From assembly GCF_009914755.1 (NCBI RefSeq), contig NC_060925.1: 64,000 bases of DNA; one strand, 5' to 3'. Every line of letters starts with the position of its first letter. The first letter of the stretch is position 1. The position numbers were made by a program, and so were the translations under genes. This DNA is from the human T2T-CHM13v2.0 reference genome, Homo sapiens. This document shows positions 57,791 through 64,000 of the stretch, piece by piece. The notes under the pieces were generated by a model. The model was given only the letters and a program-made list of their open reading frames with translations. It did no database searches and was not told the origin of the DNA.

Positions 57791-59415
57791 TTAATAATAC
57801 CTTCAGCTGTTGAATTATATATTTGTTTAACTTGAGAATACCACGCATGTATCCTTAGATTAGTTCATAGAAAATTGTGTGGAAAATGACTAGTAACTTT
57901 TATGACTTTGTTACCCATATTAGCTTTAAATAATTATTGGCCTTATATAAGCATTAGACTATTTCATTCATGTAGATTTCTTTTTTTGTTGTGTCTGTAT
58001 ACTGGATTTATTATTGTTATTACCCTTTTCCTCATAATCTTAGGAACTTTTGTAAGACAGAAATAAAATGATTAATTCATATATGTAAGCCTCATTAAAC
58101 ATATGTTACATTGGAAAAGCACCCTTAAAAGAAGTTGTGTCCAATTATATCTTCCTCAGGGGATTTACGTAGTTCATCACATCTACAGTCTGTCCTGTGT
58201 GTAGCATCTCTCATTACCCACAGGAATTTAAACTAGTCATTGGCTTTAAAAAGAAATGAAAGTTTTCCTGTAAGGAAATACATTGGCTTGCTTTATTATT
58301 ATTTTTTATATTTTTGGATAAAGGAGAAGCCAGAGGCTTGGCTACAACCATTACATTAGATTAGAGTTTCTGAATATTGTGGAATTAATTATTAAGATAT
58401 AGTTTTTATTTCACTTGACCCTTCAGGATTTCACAAGCAAGTTCTTGTGTAAGTGATACAGAGAAACTCCTTATTGTTTTTTAAACTCATAGTGCCATTG
58501 AACAGCCATGCTGATATTTCAGAATACAATAGAGTCTCTGAAACTGTGAACATTAAAACAAAAAGTAAACAACAGTATAGCATGGTTATTTTGAAAACTG
58601 TTAGGTAGCATTCTGCTTTAATAATGGAAATAATTTTTTCTGTTCTGAGTTTTATGATATTACTTAATTTTATTGTTTATAACTTTTGAAATTTTTGAAA
58701 TTATTGTCACCAGCTTTCCCAACTAGTTTGAGAAGTTAATGTAATTAGTTTTAGTTCCTTGAGATAAAATTGTTATACCTTTAAATTATTGTTTGTAGAT
58801 TTTCTCACTTTTAATTTACAGGAAAAAAATTCTGCAGGCTTCTTTTGCTTCTCACTGTTGCCCAAACTTTTTTTCTCTCCTGAAGTTGTGTTGTACATAT
58901 AGAGATAACTCATAGTTTTCAATAAACATAGTATTGAGTTTCATGCAATGGAGTTGAAGATAAATCACTATGTAGATAGCTGAGGTGATGACGAGAGGTA
59001 CCATATATAACTGACATGCTTACCAGTGTAGTCTCACTCTTCTGATCTCTCCACAGTACTCTTATGTGAAATCACCTCAGCATTGAAATCTGTGGTTTGA
59101 CTTGTTTCTTTGGTGATTTTCTCTTTTTTCTGGGGAGTGTAATATTCTTTAACTTTACTTTTACTTTGAAGTTGACCGTGCTGACAGAACTCCTGAAATC
59201 TGAATTCAGAATACCAGAATCAACTCAAAGGACTTTATCTATAACTAAATCTATTTAATTATTGCTTTTTGTACCAGAGGGATAACTTAGGAGTGGCATA
59301 TAGGTATAAATGTATACTCTTTTTAAATTTCAAAATTAATATTAGTGTTCCAAAGACATTTTTATGATGTATACTCATTCTTCCATATTTTTCTGTCTTA
59401 ATTTTCTGTTACCAG

Positions 59416-59564
59416 CTAATAAGGCAGTGGATTTTACAACAGTCAAATTCTTGCTTCAGGATTCTAGAAGTTTGTTACATGCTTTCAGTACAAGGTCAAA
59501 TTATGATGGTATTCTTCCACAGACCTTTGCTCAAGTAAACAACCTCCTTCAGACATTTGCAGAG
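59416..59564 (+). CDS. SWT1: SWT1 exon 14 (last exon in window; gene continues)
   Basis: taccag|CT...GAG|gtaaga; (A)[49 protein letters not shown]; 149 nt, phase 1-0. Confidence 0.94.
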
Positions 59565-59984
59565 GTAAGATGCCTTTGGAATGCCAGTTAGAGTAGCTAA
59601 TTATACATGTTCTGAAAATGTGTTTAGCAGACAACAGTAGGTAAAGGATAATTTAATTCTAACTTATTCTAACATACTAAAGGCGTTAAGTAAATGTTAA
59701 GTGAATTGAATACAGAGTAAGCAACTCTAACAAGTTATAAAACCCATACCTCCTTTTATGGAAGCAGTGTCACAGCAGTTGTTCTTATTTTATATTATTT
59801 TCACTTATGGATGGAAGAAAGCTATGCATGCTATTTGACTGTTCATTTACAGTGCCCTAGGCCAGTGGATCTCACATACATCAAAAATACCTAGGAAATT
59901 GTTTTAAACATACAGATGTCAACACTGTCTGAAACCCTATTGAATCTATTTTTTGACAGTGTTACTTGGTAATGTTGTTGTCCT

Positions 59985-60360
59985 TGTTTTACTTTTTATT
60001 TTGAAATAATTTCAAACTTATAAAATGGTTACAAGAGCAGTACAAAGAATTCCCATATATATTATTTACCCTGATTCTCCAAATGTTAATATTTTGTCAC
60101 ATTTGCTTTATTGTTTTCTTTCTCTACCTACCCACCTGTCTGTCTGTCCATCTATCTACCTATCTATATTTTTTTCTGAGCTATTTGATAGTATGTTGCA
60201 GATAGGATGCCCTTTTTCCCCCAGGTGCTCTTTTTCCCCAAGATATTTCCATATGTATTTTCTAAAAATAGGGATATCCTATGTAACTACAATATAATTA
60301 ATCATGAAATTAACATTGATACAATAGTTATCTGTGAACCTTATCCAAACTTTGCCAATT
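59985..60360 (-). mobile_element. Old L1M 3' fragment inside a MER5-like element
   Basis: ttttattttgaaataatttcaaacttata...aattaacattgatacaat is L1M-like; flanks (~59863-59950, ~60365-60402) are MER5-like. Confidence 0.6.
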
Positions 60361-60472
60361 TGTGAAGTTTTTAACAAGTTTCATGTGATTCTTATGCAGC
60401 CATCTTAGCTGATGCCTTTTTATCTCTTTTAAACTTAACTCTCTAATTTTTGTACCCAGTAATACAGACTTA

Positions 60473-60748
60473 TTTTTTTGACACAGGGTTTTACTCTGTC
60501 ACCCTGGCACGATCAGGGCTCACTGCAACCTCCACCTACTGGGCTTAAGTGATTCTTCCACGTCAGCCCCCCGAATAGCTGGGTCTACAGGCATGGCACC
60601 ACCACACCTGGCTAATTGTTCATATTTTTAGTAGAGGCAGAGTTATGCCCTAATACCTAGGCTAGTCTTGACTCCTGGACTCAAGCAATCCTCCTGCCTC
60701 AGCCTCCCAAAGTGTTGGGAATACAGGTGTGAGGTACTGTGCCTGGCC
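60473..60748 (-). mobile_element. Alu (J-type)
   Basis: Diverged antisense Alu. Confidence 0.85.
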
Positions 60749-61565
60749 TCTAATTTCAAGTCTAGAAAAATCTGAGAGTTTTATGTAGCATAAACAGCTC
60801 AAAAAACCTCAGTTATCACTATTACTAAAAGAGATATTAATGGAACTTTTATCCAGTATAGATATTATGTTCTCTTTTTTCTCTGAGGAACTGAATTGTC
60901 CAGGTTTTTCTCATTGATTTTTCATAGTCAGATAGGTCCCCTGCCTATGAAGTAATCAAAGGATTAGATGATACTAACATTAATCATAGTTGATGAGGAA
61001 AGCACTTCCTTGCTAAGAGAATACTTACTTCATGGAGTAAAGGAAGCAGCTTTTTAAATAAACTGAGTGGAAATATGTGATCATTCTTGAGGAAAGAATT
61101 TATTTAAGGGGTGATATGATCTTTTGGTTTGAGATGACCAAAACATTGGTAGTTTTATTTTTTTAATGGCAAGCGTGATTTTTAGAACTATTAGTAGGAA
61201 AAAATGGGCCTAGGGATTTAGAGGGTTATAGCATGAGTATTGTACCTTGATTGTGTTGGAAAAGATGTGTTCTCCTTTCCCGTCACAAAATTGAGTCCTA
61301 AATCATATCCTTAGTGAATAAAATGTGGTGAACAGATGGAAAGTGCAAGATACTTAAAGTCTTAACAGTCTTTTAATTAAGATTATTGAGAATAAAACAA
61401 AATTTAGGATTCATTGAAATAAAAACAATAATGTGTAGTTTTTAATCCTCTTCATCGATAAAAACCTACAGATGGGAGGTACCATGAAAATATGATGTTA
61501 AAATTTTGTATTGTTTGTCAGATAATGATATGCCTACTACGTATATGTTGCCCATTGCATACTTA

Positions 61566-61928
<363 letters not shown>

Positions 61929-62154
61929 TTAAGTTTCATTTGCTACGTTAGCAAGAGATTCATGAAGGCGAGTAGCAAAGAATCTAGCATCCTAATAGTG
62001 CTTTCCCCTCAACACTTGGCTTTAGTGTGATTACTTGAAACCATCCACGCTGTTTCCAGGATTAGAACTCTGAAGTGTTGCACCTTTATTTTTGTGTTAG
62101 AAACAATTCATTGAGTAAACGAAGAACTTTATGATTTAGTATAGTCCTTTAAAA

Positions 62155-62967
<813 letters not shown>

Positions 62968-63221
62968 CTTTAAAATATACTTTTAACAGGAGTTGTTTTA
63001 TAGAATGTATTAGATTTGATATATGTCTTATATATTTGGTCATGTCTCAGTAACTTGAGCAACAAATAGATTACCTCCAAAGATATGGTATCTCCTAGTA
63101 ACTGTAAAAACTACCTAATCTTAATTTATTAAGTGTAGAAAATCAGGAAGAGAGGAATATTCATTATTTGATTGCTTTGAGAAACTAAAATGGAGATAAA
63201 CTAACTTTATCATTTTCCAGA

Positions 63222-63519
63222 TTTTTTTTTGGGAGACAGGGTCTCGCTTTGTAGCCCAGACCTGAGTGCAGAGTTGTGATCATAGCTCATAGCTCTCTGT
63301 GACCTTGACCTCGTGTCAAATGATCCTCCAGCCTCAGCCTCCTGAATAGCTGGAACCACAGGCATGTGCCACAATGCTGAGCTAATTTTTAAATTTTTTT
63401 GTACAGACTAGGTCTCACTTTGTTGCCCAGGTTGGTCTTGAACTCCTGGCCTCAAGCAATCCTCCCGCCACAGCCTCCTAAAGTGCTAGGATTACACGCA
63501 TGAACCGTCATGCCCTGCC
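63222..63519 (-). mobile_element. Alu (J-type)
   Basis: Antisense Alu; TSD ttttccagatttt. Confidence 0.88.
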
Positions 63520-63649
63520 TTTTCCAGATTTTCATGTAAGAGGGGAGAAATAGGAAAAGGATACGTACACTTTCGTTTTATGGGCCTTCTAACCACTAAA
63601 AAAAATAGGACTTGCTTTTTGCTAAGATGATAGAGTAATTAAAATCAAT

Positions 63650-63850
63650 CTTGTTAATAAGCTTCAGACTTACATGCCTCAGGATCCTGAGTTGTGGTAT
63701 TTTTAACCTCTAGTTAATTAAACTCTCTGGACCTTAATTCTCTCTTTTGTAAAATGAGTGTAATAATAATGCTGGCCTTAGAATTGTCACGTGAATTAAC
63801 AAGTTAATATTTGTGGAGACCTTAATGTCTAGCATGTAGTAAGTGCTATG
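63650..63850. mobile_element. MIR
   Basis: MIR core-like text (tgtaaaatgagtgtaataata...tagcatgtagtaagtgct). Similar MIRs at ~5990-6125, ~35930-36130 and ~47220-47405. Confidence 0.6.
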
Positions 63851-64000
63851 TAGTATTTGATAAAGAAATCCACTTGCGTAGTATATACACTACTATTTAA
63901 GAGCTAAAGAAAAGAGGCATTAGGTAAATGCTGGGCTGTATTTTAAATATATTTGGTGATAAAAAATTATCTCAGGATAAAATGTCTTTTCATTTATGTC

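Overview
Primate (human-like) genomic DNA. A CpG-island bidirectional promoter (~1400-2520) drives TRMT1L on the minus strand (only its first coding exon is in the window) and SWT1, a PIN-domain endoribonuclease, on the plus strand. I traced 13 SWT1 coding exons by splice sites and reading-frame continuity: 5751-59564, 2121 nt, 707 codons, with the gene continuing past the window end. The SWT1 introns hold about 35 Alus, a near full-length Tigger1 inside an L2, a full-length decayed antisense L1PA (about L1PA7) nested in older L1M/L2 sequence, a 5'-inverted L1 with a probable 3' transduction, MER1A, MER20, an MLT1 LTR and a ~2 kb antisense RPL22 retrocopy carrying the long 3'UTR. I see no wholly new biological system. 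The best leads are two Alu-derived candidate poison exons in SWT1 (one enclosed by a fold-back stem), the L1 3' transduction, an snRNA-DSE-like OCT+ZNF143 motif set in the promoter, and several template-switch hairpin scars. Gene and repeat-family names come from recognising the sequences, not from database searches. Repeat boundaries are approximate.
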